NCBI GenBank assembly: GCA_040880465.1
Contig: JBBDIK010000013.1
Coordinates: 9,339-73,338 of the forward strand
Source of the DNA: Actinomycetota bacterium
GTDB lineage: Bacteria; Actinomycetota; UBA4738; JBBDHU01
Reading direction: 5' to 3'
Length of the DNA: 64,000 nt
Numbering within the stretch: position 1 is the stretch's first letter; each line of letters begins with the position of its first letter. This document shows positions 9,691 to 20,351 of the stretch, piece after piece. The notes under the pieces are model-generated. The model searched no databases, had not been told where the DNA came from, and was given only the letters and a program-made list of their open reading frames with translations. The translations under genes and the position numbers were made by a program.

Positions 9691-10443
9691 ATGTCGGGTC
9701 ATTCCAAGTGGGCGACGATCAAGCGGAAGAAGGCGTCGAAGGACGCCAAGCGTTCGAACATGTACGCGAAGCTCCTCCGGGCGGTCGAGGTCGCGGCGCG
9801 ACAGGGCGGCGGTGACCTCGCGGCCAACATGACGCTCGCGTCGGCGGTCGAGAAGGCGAAGAGCTTCTCGGTCCCGAACGACAACATCGATCGTGCGATC
9901 AAGCGGGGGAGCGGGGCCGACGCGGGCGAAGCCCAGTACGAGGAGCTGACCTACGAGGGCTATGCGGCCGGCGGGATCGCACTGCTCGTAGAGGCGCTCA
10001 CCGACAACCGCAACCGGACGGGGCAGGAGATCCGGCATGCGTTCACGACCAAGGGTGGGAACTTCGGCGAGCAGGGGAGTACCGCCTGGACGTTCACGCG
10101 CAAGGGTCTCATCGTGGTCGAGAAGGCCACGGCACCCGACGAGGACCGACTGCTGGAACTGGCTCTGGAATCTGGCGCCGAGGACCTGAGCGACTCCGAG
10201 AGCTCCTGGGACATCGTGACCCAGCCGCAGGATTTCAAGACGGTCAGCGACGCGCTGGAGGAGGCCGGGATCCCTGTCTTCTCGGCCGAGATCACGATGA
10301 TCCCCCAGTCGACGATCCCGGTCGGGGGGAGCGAGGCCCGCGCGGTCTTGGTCCTCATCGAGGCCCTCGAGGACCTGGACGACGTCCAGAGCGTCTTCGC
10401 CAACTTCGACATCCCCGAAGAGGTCATGGCCCAGCTCGGCTAG
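9691..10443 (+). CDS. YebC/PmpR family DNA-binding transcriptional regulator
   Basis: Starts MSGHSKWATIKRKKASKDAKRS. Full-length YebC family protein in the conserved position upstream of ruvCAB. Confidence 0.95.
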   Translation: MSGHSKWATIKRKKASKDAKRSNMYAKLLRAVEVAARQGGGDLAANMTLASAVEKAKSFSVPNDNIDRAIKRGSGADAGEAQYEELTYEGYAAGGIALLVEALTDNRNRTGQEIRHAFTTKGGNFGEQGSTAWTFTRKGLIVVEKATAPDEDRLLELALESGAEDLSDSESSWDIVTQPQDFKTVSDALEEAGIPVFSAEITMIPQSTIPVGGSEARAVLVLIEALEDLDDVQSVFANFDIPEEVMAQLG

Positions 10444-10545
10444 CGTCGCACGACGGTCGCCGCGGCGTCGGGACGTCGGCTACCCGTCCCCGGCCTCCCG
10501 GGGGTGTTTGCCCGGACGCTCGCCCGGTCCTAGACTGGCAAACAT

Positions 10546-11043
10546 ATGTTCGATAGGCCCGTGCTTGGCGTGGATCCAGGCGTCGCCACCCTGGGCCTGG
10601 CCGTGCTCAGCGGGCGCGACGTGGCCTGGTTCGAGACCCTCCGGACCGCGTCCGGCCTTGAGGAGGCGGCCAGGCTCCGGCAGGTCTATGAGGCCGTGGC
10701 CGCGGCGCTGCGCGCCCACCGGCCGGCTGCGCTGGCGATCGAGCGGCTCATGTGGGGCAAGAACGTGGGGAGCGCCATGGGCGTGGCCCGGGCGAGCGGG
10801 GTGATCCTGCTGGCGGCGGCCGATGCCGGCGTTCCCGTCGCCGAATACGCGCCCTTGGAGGTCAAGATGGCGACGGCGGGCGTCGGGAACGCCGGCAAGG
10901 ATCAGGTCCGCGCCGCACTCGCGCGGTTCCACAAGATCAGCGGCGTTCCCGAGCAACCGGACGCGGCGGATGCCGTCGCGGTCGCGTTCTGTCACCAGAC
11001 CCAGGCCGGCTTGCAGAGCCGGGTTGCGGCGGCTACGCAATGA
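10546..11043 (+). CDS. ruvC: crossover junction endodeoxyribonuclease RuvC
   Basis: [15 protein letters not shown]...[25 protein letters not shown]...[13 protein letters not shown]. Confidence 0.9.
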   Translation: MFDRPVLGVDPGVATLGLAVLSGRDVAWFETLRTASGLEEAARLRQVYEAVAAALRAHRPAALAIERLMWGKNVGSAMGVARASGVILLAAADAGVPVAEYAPLEVKMATAGVGNAGKDQVRAALARFHKISGVPEQPDAADAVAVAFCHQTQAGLQSRVAAATQ

Positions 11044-11606
11044 TCTCGGTCCTGCACGGCGTCATCGCCGAACGCGGCACCGACCGTGTGGTCGTCCTGG
11101 CCGCCGGCGTCGGCTACGAGGCGTTGGTCCCTGCGGCGACGCTGGCGAACCTACCGCCGGTCGGGGAAGAGGTTCGGCTCCTGACGCGTCTGCAGGTCCG
11201 CGAGGACTCCATGGTGCTCTACGGGTTCTCGACCGCGGACGAGCGGGCGCTGTTCGATCTGCTCGTTACGGTCAGCGGTGTCGGACCCAAGTTCGCGCTC
11301 GCCGTCCTGTCGACGCTGAAGCCGGATGCCTTCCGCCGCGCGGTCGTGACCGGCGACATCGATGCCCTGACGGTCGTTCCTGGCGTCGGCAAGAAGGTTG
11401 CCTCCCGCATCGTGCTGGATCTGAAGGACAAACTGGGCGGCGACGCAGACCTGCCGACCGGGCCCCTGGCCGAGGTCCGGGAAGCGCTGCTCGCCCTCGG
11501 CCTCTCGCCGGAGGAAGCGCGCGAGGCGGTTGCCGGTCTCCCGTCCGACGGCGACCGGCCGGTCGAGGAGCTGCTCAAGGAGGCGCTGCAGGCGGTGGGC
11601 AGATGA
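11040..11606 (+). CDS. ruvA: Holliday junction DNA helicase subunit RuvA
   Basis: ATGA overlap with ruv[14 protein letters not shown]...[32 protein letters not shown]. Confidence 0.9.
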   Translation: MISVLHGVIAERGTDRVVVLAAGVGYEALVPAATLANLPPVGEEVRLLTRLQVREDSMVLYGFSTADERALFDLLVTVSGVGPKFALAVLSTLKPDAFRRAVVTGDIDALTVVPGVGKKVASRIVLDLKDKLGGDADLPTGPLAEVREALLALGLSPEEAREAVAGLPSDGDRPVEELLKEALQAVGR

Positions 11607-12631
11607 GCGCCGACGCCGATGGCGACGACCGCATCGTGGAGGCCGCGCTGACCGAGGACGAGCGGGAGTTCGACTCGGCGTTGCGACCGAGATCGCTCGA
11701 GGAATTCGTCGGACAGGAGCGGATCAAGGAGCAGCTCTCGCTGCTGATCGAAGGTGCGAACAGCCGCGGCGAACCCGTCGACCATATGCTCTTCTCGGGT
11801 CCGCCGGGGCTTGGGAAAACCACGCTCGCCGGCATCGTCGCGATCGAGATGTCGGCCGGGTTCCGTCCGACCAGTGGCCCGGCCCTGGACCGGCCGGGCG
11901 ACCTGGCGGCGATCCTTTCCAACCTCGAAGAGGGCGACGTGTTGTTCGTCGACGAAGTGCACCGGATGCCCAAGACGGTCGAGGAAGTGCTCTACCCCGC
12001 GCTCGAGGACTACAAGCTCGACGTCGTGATCGGGAAGGGGCCTTCGGCACGCAGCATCCGGCTCGATCTGCCGCGGTTCACGATGGTGGCCGCCACGACC
12101 CGGCCGGGTTTGATCGCTCTGCCGTTGCGTGAACGGTTCGGGTTCTCTCCGCGCCTCGACCACTACTCGACCGAGGAGCTGGCGAGGATCGTCGGACGCT
12201 CGGCGCGGATCCTGGACGTGGGTGTCGACCCCGAGGGCGCCTTGGAGATCGCCGGTCGCTCGCGCGGAACGCCTCGCGTCGCCAACCGGTTGCTGCGGCG
12301 CGTCCGCGACTTCGCGCAGGTGCGCGGCGACGGGACCATCAGGGCGGAGATCGCTCGGGCAGGCATGGAGCTGTTCGAGGTCGACGAGGAGGGGCTCGAC
12401 AAGCTGGACCTGGCGATCCTGACGGCCGTCGTGACCCGGTTCGGCGGCGGTCCCGTCGGTCTGTCGACCTTAGCCGCCGCGGTCGGAGAGGAGTCCGATA
12501 CGATCGAGGACGTGTACGAGCCTTACCTGCTGAAGCTGGGCTTCCTCAAGCGCACGCCGCGCGGCCGGGTGGCGACCGAGCGTGCCTACCGCCACCTGGG
12601 GATCACGGCCGAGGGTTCGCTGCCGCTGTAG
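11603..12631 (+). CDS. ruvB: Holliday junction DNA helicase RuvB
   Basis: ATGA overlap with ruv[20 protein letters not shown]...[14 protein letters not shown]...LFVDEVHR. Confidence 0.95.
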   Translation: MSADADGDDRIVEAALTEDEREFDSALRPRSLEEFVGQERIKEQLSLLIEGANSRGEPVDHMLFSGPPGLGKTTLAGIVAIEMSAGFRPTSGPALDRPGDLAAILSNLEEGDVLFVDEVHRMPKTVEEVLYPALEDYKLDVVIGKGPSARSIRLDLPRFTMVAATTRPGLIALPLRERFGFSPRLDHYSTEELARIVGRSARILDVGVDPEGALEIAGRSRGTPRVANRLLRRVRDFAQVRGDGTIRAEIARAGMELFEVDEEGLDKLDLAILTAVVTRFGGGPVGLSTLAAAVGEESDTIEDVYEPYLLKLGFLKRTPRGRVATERAYRHLGITAEGSLPL

Positions 12632-12673
12632 GCCTGTATCCTGCCCCGCGGAACCCCTCGAGGAGGCCCCGAT

Positions 12674-13102
12674 ATGCTCATCGCTCTTGCCCAAGCCCAA
12701 TCCGCCTCTCCACAAGGCGGGATCCTGACCCTTGTCCTGCCATTCCTGCTGCTCGGTGGCGTTATGTACTTCCTGATGATCCGCCCGCAGCAGAAGCGGA
12801 TGCGTGCCCAGAAGCAGATGTGGTCGGAGCTGACGGTCGGCGAGGAGGTCCTGACGATCGGCGGGATCTTCGGCACGATCAAGCACGTCGATGACGACGA
12901 GGACGAGATCATCCTCGAGGTCGCCCCGGGCACGACGGTCCGCATCGTCAAGAACGCGATCGCCCGCCGGGTCAGTGCGCAGGATCACGAGGACGATCTC
13001 CCCGAGGCGTGGCTCGAGGACGACGACGACGCCCTCGAGGATGACGCAGCCGGCGACGATGAGGATGAGGACGAGAGCAAGGGAGCAGGAACCGAGTCGT
13101 GA
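12674..13102 (+). CDS. yajC: preprotein translocase subunit YajC with acidic C-terminal tail
   Basis: LPFLLLGGVMYFLMIRPQQKRMRAQKQM...GEEVLTIGGIFGTI, followed by a tail of about 45 aa rich in D and E. Confidence 0.85.
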   Translation: MLIALAQAQSASPQGGILTLVLPFLLLGGVMYFLMIRPQQKRMRAQKQMWSELTVGEEVLTIGGIFGTIKHVDDDEDEIILEVAPGTTVRIVKNAIARRVSAQDHEDDLPEAWLEDDDDALEDDAAGDDEDEDESKGAGTES

Positions 13103-13782
13103 GCCAGGCGCCCGAGCCGGCCGCCGGTGATCCGCTCCTTCGGCTGAAGGAACATCCGGAGATCTCCCTGCTCATCGCGTCCGCCGACCGCGTGGCCGAA
13201 GGCCTCGGCTACACCGAACACGGGTTCCGGCACGCGAACCTCGTCGGGAGCATCGCCTTCAACGTCCTGGACCGTCTCGGGCACGATGAGCACACCGCCG
13301 GACTCGCCGGGGCCTCCGGCTACCTGCACGATGTGGGCAACATGGCGACACGGCACAACCACCCGCAGACCGGCGCGATCCTCGTCTACACGATCCTGCG
13401 CGACGAGATGCAACCGGAGGACCTGGCGACGATCGTCGGCGCCGTCGCCAACCACGAGGAGGAGGATGGCGCGCGCATCTCCCCGGTCTCGGCCGCGGTC
13501 ATCCTGGCCGACAAGGCCGACGTGCATCGCAGCCGGGTCCGGGCGAAGCCCGGCGCGGACGCCGACATCCACGAGCTGGTGAACTACGCGGCGGAATCGT
13601 CGTTCCTGCGGGTAGACTCCGGCGCCGGGACGATCACCCTGGAGCTCACCATCGATACCAAGATCAGTCAGGTCATGGAGTACTTCGAGATCTTCCTGCA
13701 GCGGATGTCCATGTGCCGAACGGCCGCGCGAACGCTCGGCTGCTCGTTCAAGCTCAACATCAACGGGTCGGAGCTGCTGTGA
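13099..13782 (+). CDS. HD-domain phosphohydrolase
   Basis: GFRHANLV...GYLHDVGN...ILADKADV, matching the H..HD..D pattern. Overlaps yajC (GTGA) and secD (GTGA) on either side. Confidence 0.65.
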   Translation: MSQAPEPAAGDPLLRLKEHPEISLLIASADRVAEGLGYTEHGFRHANLVGSIAFNVLDRLGHDEHTAGLAGASGYLHDVGNMATRHNHPQTGAILVYTILRDEMQPEDLATIVGAVANHEEEDGARISPVSAAVILADKADVHRSRVRAKPGADADIHELVNYAAESSFLRVDSGAGTITLELTIDTKISQVMEYFEIFLQRMSMCRTAARTLGCSFKLNINGSELL

Positions 13783-15338
13783 GGGCGGGCGCGCGTGGGC
13801 TGGTCGCGTCGTTGATCTTCATCGGTCTGCTGACGGCCCTGGCGCTCACGGGGCTGCTCACCGGCACGCGTCCCGTCCTCGGTCTGGACCTCGAGGGTGG
13901 GGTGCGAGTCGTTCTGACGGCTCCGGACGGCACGCCGAAGGAGGTCATGGAACGCGCCGCAAACAGCATCCGGCAGCGCGTTGACTCGCTGGGGGTCGCG
14001 GAGCCGGATCTGTTCATCTCGGGTACCAACATCGAGGTTCAGATCCCCGGCATCGCACAGGGCAAGATCGAGGAGCGCGACGGGAAGTTCTGCGTGATCA
14101 GCGGCGACGGGAGGGACCTCGGATGCGTTCCCTCCCGTGACGAGGCGGAGGCGGCGTTGCAGGCTACCGGGCAGGAGCGCCTGATCCAGCTCATCGGCAC
14201 CACCGCGCGTCTCGAGCAGCGGGAGGTCATCAAGACGATCCTTGCCGAGGACCCGGCCTTCGCGGATACCAAGGTCACGTGCCCGACCGAGGTGGCGCGG
14301 CTCACGCCGGAGTGCTCGTTCGAGACGCTCAAGGATCAGACCGTGGTCTTCGCCGACGACGAGGGGACCAAGTACGAACTCGGACCGGTCCGAGTGACCG
14401 GGGACATCATCTCCAAAGCCACGGCGGTGTTCAGCACACCCACCCAGGGCTCGACCACCGTCGGTTGGTCGATCGGCTTCGAGCTCACGGGCGACGGCTC
14501 TGATCAGTTCGCGAAGGTGACGAAGGAACTCCTGGGCAAGCAGCTCGCGATCGTCGTCGACCAGGACGTGCTGTCGGCCCCGACGATCCAGAGCGCTATC
14601 ACGGGCGGTTCGGGCGAGATCACCGGAGGCCCCGAGGGGTTCCCCGAGCGGGAAGCCAAGGATCTCGCGACTGCGCTGAACGCCGGTGCGCTGCCCGTCA
14701 ACCTCACGAAGTCCCAGGTCGAGACCGTGAGCGCCACGCTCGGGAACGAATCGCTTCAGCAGGGGCTCGTCGCAGGATTGGTCGGCCTGGCGCTCCTGGC
14801 TCTGTACCTCGCGTTCTACTACCGGCTCCTCGGCCTCATGACCTGGGTGGGGATGGCGATCTGGGCTGTGCTGGCGCTCGGCATCGTCGCGTTCCTGGGG
14901 AAGGTGGCCGGATACAGCCTGACATTAGCCGGGGTCGCGGGGCTCATCGTCTCCCTCGGGATCACCGCCGACTCCTACATCGTCTTCTACGAACGGCTCA
15001 AGGACGAGGTCCGCCACGGCAAGAGTCCACGGGCGGCCGTACAGCCGGCGTTCCGAAGGGCCTGGAAGACCATCATCGCCGCGGACATCGTGACCCTGCT
15101 TGCGGCGGGCGTCCTCTACCTGGTCGCGATCTCGTCGGTCCGGGGCTTCGCCCTCACCCTGGGGGTCTCTGTGCTGCTGGACATGTTCGTCGTCTACTTC
15201 TACAAGCGCCCGACCATCTTCCTGATGGCCCGGTCACCTCGCCTGCTCACCCGTCGCCGGATGGGCATGTCCGCCGAGCCGCCTCCGGAGGACGAGGACG
15301 TCCCGGCGGTTCCGGTTCCGGCAGGGGGCGGCCGATGA
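13779..15338 (+). CDS. secD: protein translocase subunit SecD
   Basis: GTG at 13779 overlaps the upstream stop. LGLDLEGGVRVVL, a large periplasmic-type loop, and a C-terminal six-TM bundle. Confidence 0.9.
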   Translation: MRAGARGLVASLIFIGLLTALALTGLLTGTRPVLGLDLEGGVRVVLTAPDGTPKEVMERAANSIRQRVDSLGVAEPDLFISGTNIEVQIPGIAQGKIEERDGKFCVISGDGRDLGCVPSRDEAEAALQATGQERLIQLIGTTARLEQREVIKTILAEDPAFADTKVTCPTEVARLTPECSFETLKDQTVVFADDEGTKYELGPVRVTGDIISKATAVFSTPTQGSTTVGWSIGFELTGDGSDQFAKVTKELLGKQLAIVVDQDVLSAPTIQSAITGGSGEITGGPEGFPEREAKDLATALNAGALPVNLTKSQVETVSATLGNESLQQGLVAGLVGLALLALYLAFYYRLLGLMTWVGMAIWAVLALGIVAFLGKVAGYSLTLAGVAGLIVSLGITADSYIVFYERLKDEVRHGKSPRAAVQPAFRRAWKTIIAADIVTLLAAGVLYLVAISSVRGFALTLGVSVLLDMFVVYFYKRPTIFLMARSPRLLTRRRMGMSAEPPPEDEDVPAVPVPAGGGR

Positions 15339-16423
15339 GCCGGGCGCTCGACACGTTCCGGGGCAACCGGGTGCCGCGCCTGCGCATCATCGAGCACCGT
15401 CGGTGGTGGTTCATCCTCTCGGGCATCCTGATCGTCCTGTCCGTCGTCGGGCTGTTCTTCCCCGGATTGAAGCTCTCGATCGACTTCGAGGGCGGCGCGA
15501 TCATGCGCTTCCCGAACCAGACGGGCGTGTCGGTCGCGGATGTCTCCGCGACGATGGCGACGGCCGGACGGCCGGAGGCCGAGGTCCAGATCGTGGCGGG
15601 TGACGAGATCTCGATCAGGACGGAGACGCTCGACACGCTGGGAGACAAGCGTGGGCCCATGCTCGCGGAACTTGCGACCCAGGCCGGCATCACGAGCGAC
15701 GAGATCAACATCGAAGACGTCGGGCCGACGTGGGGGAGTCAGATCTTCAAACGGATGGTGCTGGCGCTCGTCATCTTCGTCGTGTTGGTGACCATCTATA
15801 TCGCGTTCCGGTTCGAGGGGAAGATGGCGCTCGGAGCGCTGGTCGCGCTGTTCCACGACATCATCATCACGGCCGGTGTGTACGTGCTCCTCGGCCGAGA
15901 AGTCACGCCGGAGACGATCATCGCGATCCTGACGATCCTGGGGTTCTCGCTCTATGACACGGTCGTGATCTACGACAAGGTGAAGGAGAACACGGAATCG
16001 CCGGCGCTCATCGGCCGGTACGGGTACTCGGGCGTCGTGAACCTCTCGCTGAACCAGACGATCATGCGGTCGGTCAATACCTCGCTGGTCGTCCTGCTCC
16101 CCATCGCCGCGCTGCTCCTGCTCGGCGGCGACACGTTGAAGGATTTCGCGTTCGCGCTGTTCATCGGGGTGCTCGTGGGTACGTACTCCTCGATCTTCGT
16201 CGCGGCGCCGCTCCTGGCGGCACTCAAGGAGCGGGAGCCGCGCTACCGCCAGCGGGGTGCCGATCCCCGGGCGAAGTTGCCCGCGGGCGGGGTGACCAAA
16301 GGCGCGGCGGTCCCCGCCAGGGCCGGCAGGTCCCAGGGATCCACCGCCGCGGGAGCGGCCCCCGTTGTCGCACCACGACCGCGGAAGAAGAAGTCGACGG
16401 CCGCCAAGAAGAAGAAGCGGTAG
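15335..16423 (+). CDS. secF: protein translocase subunit SecF (with basic C-terminal tail)
   Basis: ATGA overlap with secD. LSIDFEGGAIM...SLYDTVVIYDKVKEN. The tail ends KKKSTAAKKKKR. Confidence 0.9.
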   Translation: MSRALDTFRGNRVPRLRIIEHRRWWFILSGILIVLSVVGLFFPGLKLSIDFEGGAIMRFPNQTGVSVADVSATMATAGRPEAEVQIVAGDEISIRTETLDTLGDKRGPMLAELATQAGITSDEINIEDVGPTWGSQIFKRMVLALVIFVVLVTIYIAFRFEGKMALGALVALFHDIIITAGVYVLLGREVTPETIIAILTILGFSLYDTVVIYDKVKENTESPALIGRYGYSGVVNLSLNQTIMRSVNTSLVVLLPIAALLLLGGDTLKDFAFALFIGVLVGTYSSIFVAAPLLAALKEREPRYRQRGADPRAKLPAGGVTKGAAVPARAGRSQGSTAAGAAPVVAPRPRKKKSTAAKKKKR

Positions 16424-16945
16424 ATGAACGTCGACGCGCTCAAGGCCTTCATCCGGGACGTCCCCGACTTCCCCAAGGAAGGGGTGACCTTCCGTGACAT
16501 CACGCCGCTGCTCGCGGACGAGAGTGCGTTCTCCCAGCTGATCGATCTGATCGTCGTGCACTTCGGCCGCGGGAACGTCGACAAGGTCGTGGGGATCGAA
16601 GCCCGCGGATTCATCCTGGCTGCGCCGGTCGCGTATCACTTCGGTGCGGGGTTCGTTCCCGTGCGCAAGGCGGGGAAGCTGCCGTTGGCCGCCCACGCCG
16701 AGGAGTACACGCTGGAATACGGAACCGCGACCCTGGAGATACCGGCAGGCAGCATCGAGGAAGGGGAGCGGGTCGTGATCGTCGATGACGTCCTGGCGAC
16801 CGGCGGAACCGCCCGCGCGACGGCAACGCTGGTGGAACGCGCGGGTGGCCGCGTGGTCGGGATCGCCTGCCCGCTGGAGCTGACGTTCTTGAACGGACGC
16901 GAGCAGATCCCCGGCTACGATTTCTTCTCGCTGATCACCTACTAG
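16424..16945 (+). CDS. apt: adenine phosphoribosyltransferase
   Basis: FPKEGVTFRDITPLL...VVGIEARGFILAAPVA...VVIVDDVLATGGTA (PRPP-binding motif). Confidence 0.9.
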   Translation: MNVDALKAFIRDVPDFPKEGVTFRDITPLLADESAFSQLIDLIVVHFGRGNVDKVVGIEARGFILAAPVAYHFGAGFVPVRKAGKLPLAAHAEEYTLEYGTATLEIPAGSIEEGERVVIVDDVLATGGTARATATLVERAGGRVVGIACPLELTFLNGREQIPGYDFFSLITY

Positions 16946-17031
16946 CGCGCTCCCAGGTCCGCGAGCGGCCTGTCCTTGTCCTGCCCTCCTCGCTCCTGCC
17001 CCCCGCTACACTCCTTGCAGGGAGGCCCGCC

Positions 17032-19266
17032 ATGGTTGACGAGCAGGTCAAGACCGAGCGACGCGGCGGACTCCTTTCGCGCCTGCGGCCCGGCGAGGGG
17101 CCGCCGCAGGAGGGCCTCGACGCCCTCCTCGTCCAGATCAAGTCCTACAACGCCAAGGCGGACATCAAGCAGGTGCAGCGGGCGTACGCGTTCGCGGAGC
17201 AGTGGCATGAGGGGCAGACGCGGGCCTCCGGCGAGGACTTCGTCGAACACCCGCTGGCGGTGGCGAGGATCCTGGCGGATCTTGGACTCGATACCACGAC
17301 GATCGTTGCGGCCCTCCTCCACGACGTCGTGGAGGACACCGACCTGACCCTGGAACAACTCGAGCACGAGTTCGGGGCCGAGGTGACACAGATCGTGGAC
17401 GGTCTGACCAAGCTCGAGAGGATCGAGTTCCATTCGCGCGAGGAGGCCCAGGCCGAGAACGTCCGGAAGATGATCGTCGCCATGGCGCGCGACATCCGGG
17501 TCCTGCTGATCAAGCTTGCGGACCGGCTCCACAACATGCGGACCCTTTCGAGCATGCCGCGCGAGCACCAGCAGACGAAGGCGACCGAAACGCTCGAGAT
17601 CTACGCGCCGCTCGCTCACCGGCTCGGTGTCGACCGCGTCAAGTGGGAGCTGGAGGACCTGGCGTTCAAGACCCTGCACCCGGGGCCGTACCGCGAGATC
17701 GCCAGCCTGGTCGAGAAGCGGCGTGAGGAACGGCAGGAATATCTCGACGAGGTCAGCGAGCGCGCCAGGAAGAAGCTTCGGGAGGTTGGCATCAAGGCGG
17801 AGATCGAAGGGCGCCCGAAGCATCTCTACTCGATCTACGAGAAGATGGTGCTCCGCGGGAAGGAGTTCGACGAGATCTACGATCTCGCCGCGCTGCGCGT
17901 GGTCGTGGGTTCGATGCGCGACTGCTACGCGGCACTCGGCGCCGTCCACTCCATCTGGAAGCCGATCCCAGGCCGCTTCAAGGACTACATCGCGATGCCC
18001 AAGGAGAACATGTACCAGTCGCTGCACACGACCGTCGTCGGTCCGGAGGGCAGGCCTCTAGAGATCCAGATCCGATCGCGTGATATGCACCGGACCTCGG
18101 AGTTCGGGATCGCCGCGCACTGGCGCTACAAGGAGGGAGGCAAGCGCTCGAAGGACGACGTCGACCTCGCCTGGCTCGCGCAGATGCTCGATTGGCTCAA
18201 GGACATGCAGGACCCCCGCGAGTTCATGGAGGGCCTGAAGATCGATCTGTACGGCGGCCAGGTGTTCGTGTTCACGCCGAAGGGCGATGTGGTGAACCTA
18301 CCTGTCGGTGCGACCCCCGTGGACTTCGCCTACGCGATCCACACGGAGGTCGGGCACCGGTGCATCGGCGCCAAGATCGGCGGGAAACTCGTGCCGCTGG
18401 ACTGTGAGCTGCAGACGGGCGACACGGTCGATGTCCTGACCTCGAAGGCCCAAGATGCCGCGCCGTCGCAGGACTGGCTCCGGTTCGTGGTCACGCCCCG
18501 GGCCCGGAACAAGATCCGTCAGTGGTTCTCGCGCGAGCGGCGCGAGGATGCGATGGAGACCGGCCGTGACCTGCTGCACCGCGCGATGCGAAAGCAGAAC
18601 CTGCCGCTGAAGCGGTTCGCGACCGACGACGCCCTGGCGCAGGTCGCCGCCGAGCTGAAGTATCCGACGATGGAGGCGTTCTACGTCGCGGTGGGGGAGG
18701 GTCACGTCTCTCCACAGTCGGTCCTCGCGCGGTTGGCGCGTTCGGTCGAACCCGCGGGTGAGGATCAGGAGCCCGACGTGCCGCTGGCCCGACCCGTGCG
18801 GTTGGACGGCGACCAGACCAAGGCGATCGTGGTTCAGGGCTCGACCGACGTGTGGGTGCGGCTCGCCCGGTGCTGCACGCCGGTCCCCGGGGACGAGATC
18901 ATGGGGTTCGTCACGCGTGGACAGGGCGTCTCGGTGCACCGGATCGACTGTCCGAACGCCCGAGCCCTCTCCCGGCAATCCGAGCGGTTGATCGCAGTCT
19001 CGTGGGCCCCCGGCAAACCCACCAGCTTCGTGGTGTCGATCCAGATCGAGGCGCTCGACCGGCAACGTCTCCTGGGGGACGTCGCCACCGTCCTTTCCGA
19101 CAACCACGTCAACATCCTGTCGGCGACGACGCAGGTCTCCAAGGATCGCATCTCGACCTTGCGGTTCACGTTCGAGCTGGCGGATATCGCCCACCTGTCG
19201 GGACTCCTCGGCGCCGTGAAGCGGGTCGACGGCGTCTACGACGCCTACCGGGTGGTGCCGGGCTAG
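17032..19266 (+). CDS. relA: bifunctional (p)ppGpp synthetase/hydrolase RelA/SpoT (Rel)
   Basis: 744 aa. HD hydrolase domain (HPLAVARIL..LLHDVVEDT), synthetase domain (RPKHLYSIYEKM..YQSLHTTV), and TGS and ACT C-terminal domains. Confidence 0.95.
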   Translation: MVDEQVKTERRGGLLSRLRPGEGPPQEGLDALLVQIKSYNAKADIKQVQRAYAFAEQWHEGQTRASGEDFVEHPLAVARILADLGLDTTTIVAALLHDVVEDTDLTLEQLEHEFGAEVTQIVDGLTKLERIEFHSREEAQAENVRKMIVAMARDIRVLLIKLADRLHNMRTLSSMPREHQQTKATETLEIYAPLAHRLGVDRVKWELEDLAFKTLHPGPYREIASLVEKRREERQEYLDEVSERARKKLREVGIKAEIEGRPKHLYSIYEKMVLRGKEFDEIYDLAALRVVVGSMRDCYAALGAVHSIWKPIPGRFKDYIAMPKENMYQSLHTTVVGPEGRPLEIQIRSRDMHRTSEFGIAAHWRYKEGGKRSKDDVDLAWLAQMLDWLKDMQDPREFMEGLKIDLYGGQVFVFTPKGDVVNLPVGATPVDFAYAIHTEVGHRCIGAKIGGKLVPLDCELQTGDTVDVLTSKAQDAAPSQDWLRFVVTPRARNKIRQWFSRERREDAMETGRDLLHRAMRKQNLPLKRFATDDALAQVAAELKYPTMEAFYVAVGEGHVSPQSVLARLARSVEPAGEDQEPDVPLARPVRLDGDQTKAIVVQGSTDVWVRLARCCTPVPGDEIMGFVTRGQGVSVHRIDCPNARALSRQSERLIAVSWAPGKPTSFVVSIQIEALDRQRLLGDVATVLSDNHVNILSATTQVSKDRISTLRFTFELADIAHLSGLLGAVKRVDGVYDAYRVVPG

Positions 19267-19722
19267 GTGCGGGTCGTCCTGCAACGCGTCACGCGCGCGT
19301 CGGTGGACGTGCGGGGCGAACGCGTCGCCGAGATCGGGCCCGGCTACCTGCTGCTCGTCGCCTCCGGCAAACAGGACGGCGACGGGGAGACGGAGCGCCT
19401 CGCGGACAAGATCTTCAACCTCCGGATCTTCGAGGACGCGGACGGCAAGATGAACCGGTCGATCGCCGAGGCAGGAGGGGAGATCCTGGTCGTTCCCCAA
19501 TTCACCCTCTACGGCGACCTGCGCAAGGGCCGCCGGCCGTCGTGGGCCGACGCCGCTCCGCCGGAGGAGGCAGCCGGACGGGTGGAAGCGCTCGCCCGCG
19601 CCCTCGAAGGCCTGGGCGCCCGAGTGGCCCGGGGGGCCTTCCGCGAGCACATGCAGGTCGACCTGGTGAACGACGGGCCGGTCACCCTGATCCTTGAGGG
19701 ACCGGCCCTTCTGCCCCACTAA
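19267..19722 (+). CDS. dtd: D-aminoacyl-tRNA deacylase
   Basis: (M)RVVLQRV...LLLVASGKQD...KIFNLRIFED...ILVVPQFTLYGD...NDGPVTL. Confidence 0.9.
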   Translation: MRVVLQRVTRASVDVRGERVAEIGPGYLLLVASGKQDGDGETERLADKIFNLRIFEDADGKMNRSIAEAGGEILVVPQFTLYGDLRKGRRPSWADAAPPEEAAGRVEALARALEGLGARVARGAFREHMQVDLVNDGPVTLILEGPALLPH

Positions 19723-19733
19723 GATGGGCGACG

Positions 19734-20351
19734 ATGTTCCTGGACGCGCTCTCCGATAACCCCTACGGGACGAACTGCTGGATCGTGTCCGCCGACGGCA
19801 CCGACGACGCCGTCGTGGTCGATCCCGGGTTCTTCGCCGACCGCATCTGGGTTTCCCTCCGCGAGGCCGGCAAGACCCCGGTGGCGGCCCTGGCGACGCA
19901 CGGCCATTTCGACCACATCGGAGCCGCGGCGGAGTTCTGCGGCGACGACCTGCCCCTGTACATCCACGAGGCGGACGCGCAGGCGCTGACGGACCCGGCC
20001 GCGTGGGGAGCGGGGTTCGAGACCCCGCCGGTCCCGGTCAAGGATGTGCGCACGATCGTGGACGGTGACGCGTTGCGGTTCGCGGGGTTCTCGTTCGAGG
20101 TCGCTCACACGCCCGGGCACACCCCCGGCAGCGTGTGCTACCGGGCCGACGGGTTCGTGTTCGCGGGCGACCTGGTGTTCGCCGGGTCGATCGGACGCTC
20201 GGACCTGCCGAACTCGGACCCGGCGGCGATGCAGGCGAGCCTGCTGCGGTTCCTCACGTGGCCGGACGAGCAGGATGTCTACCCAGGTCACGGACCCGAC
20301 ACCACCATCGCGCGCGAGCGCGCGACGAACCCGTTCCTGGCGGGAGCCTAG
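19734..20351 (+). CDS. MBL-fold metallo-hydrolase (glyoxalase II-like)
   Basis: ATHGHFDHIGAA metal-binding motif, plus HTPGHTPGS and PGHGP. Confidence 0.8.
   Translation: MFLDALSDNPYGTNCWIVSADGTDDAVVVDPGFFADRIWVSLREAGKTPVAALATHGHFDHIGAAAEFCGDDLPLYIHEADAQALTDPAAWGAGFETPPVPVKDVRTIVDGDALRFAGFSFEVAHTPGHTPGSVCYRADGFVFAGDLVFAGSIGRSDLPNSDPAAMQASLLRFLTWPDEQDVYPGHGPDTTIARERATNPFLAGA

Noticed and set aside
12985-13102. Acidic and low-complexity tails as separate functional elements. These are the YajC D/E-rich tail, the SecF KKKK tail, the PilT G/Q/P tail at 36179-36298 and the PyrK GSGSGS tail.
   Set aside because: Such tails are common lineage-specific decorations in high-GC actinobacterial proteins. 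I see no repeat structure or motif to support a specific claim, so they are noted in the feature evidence only.
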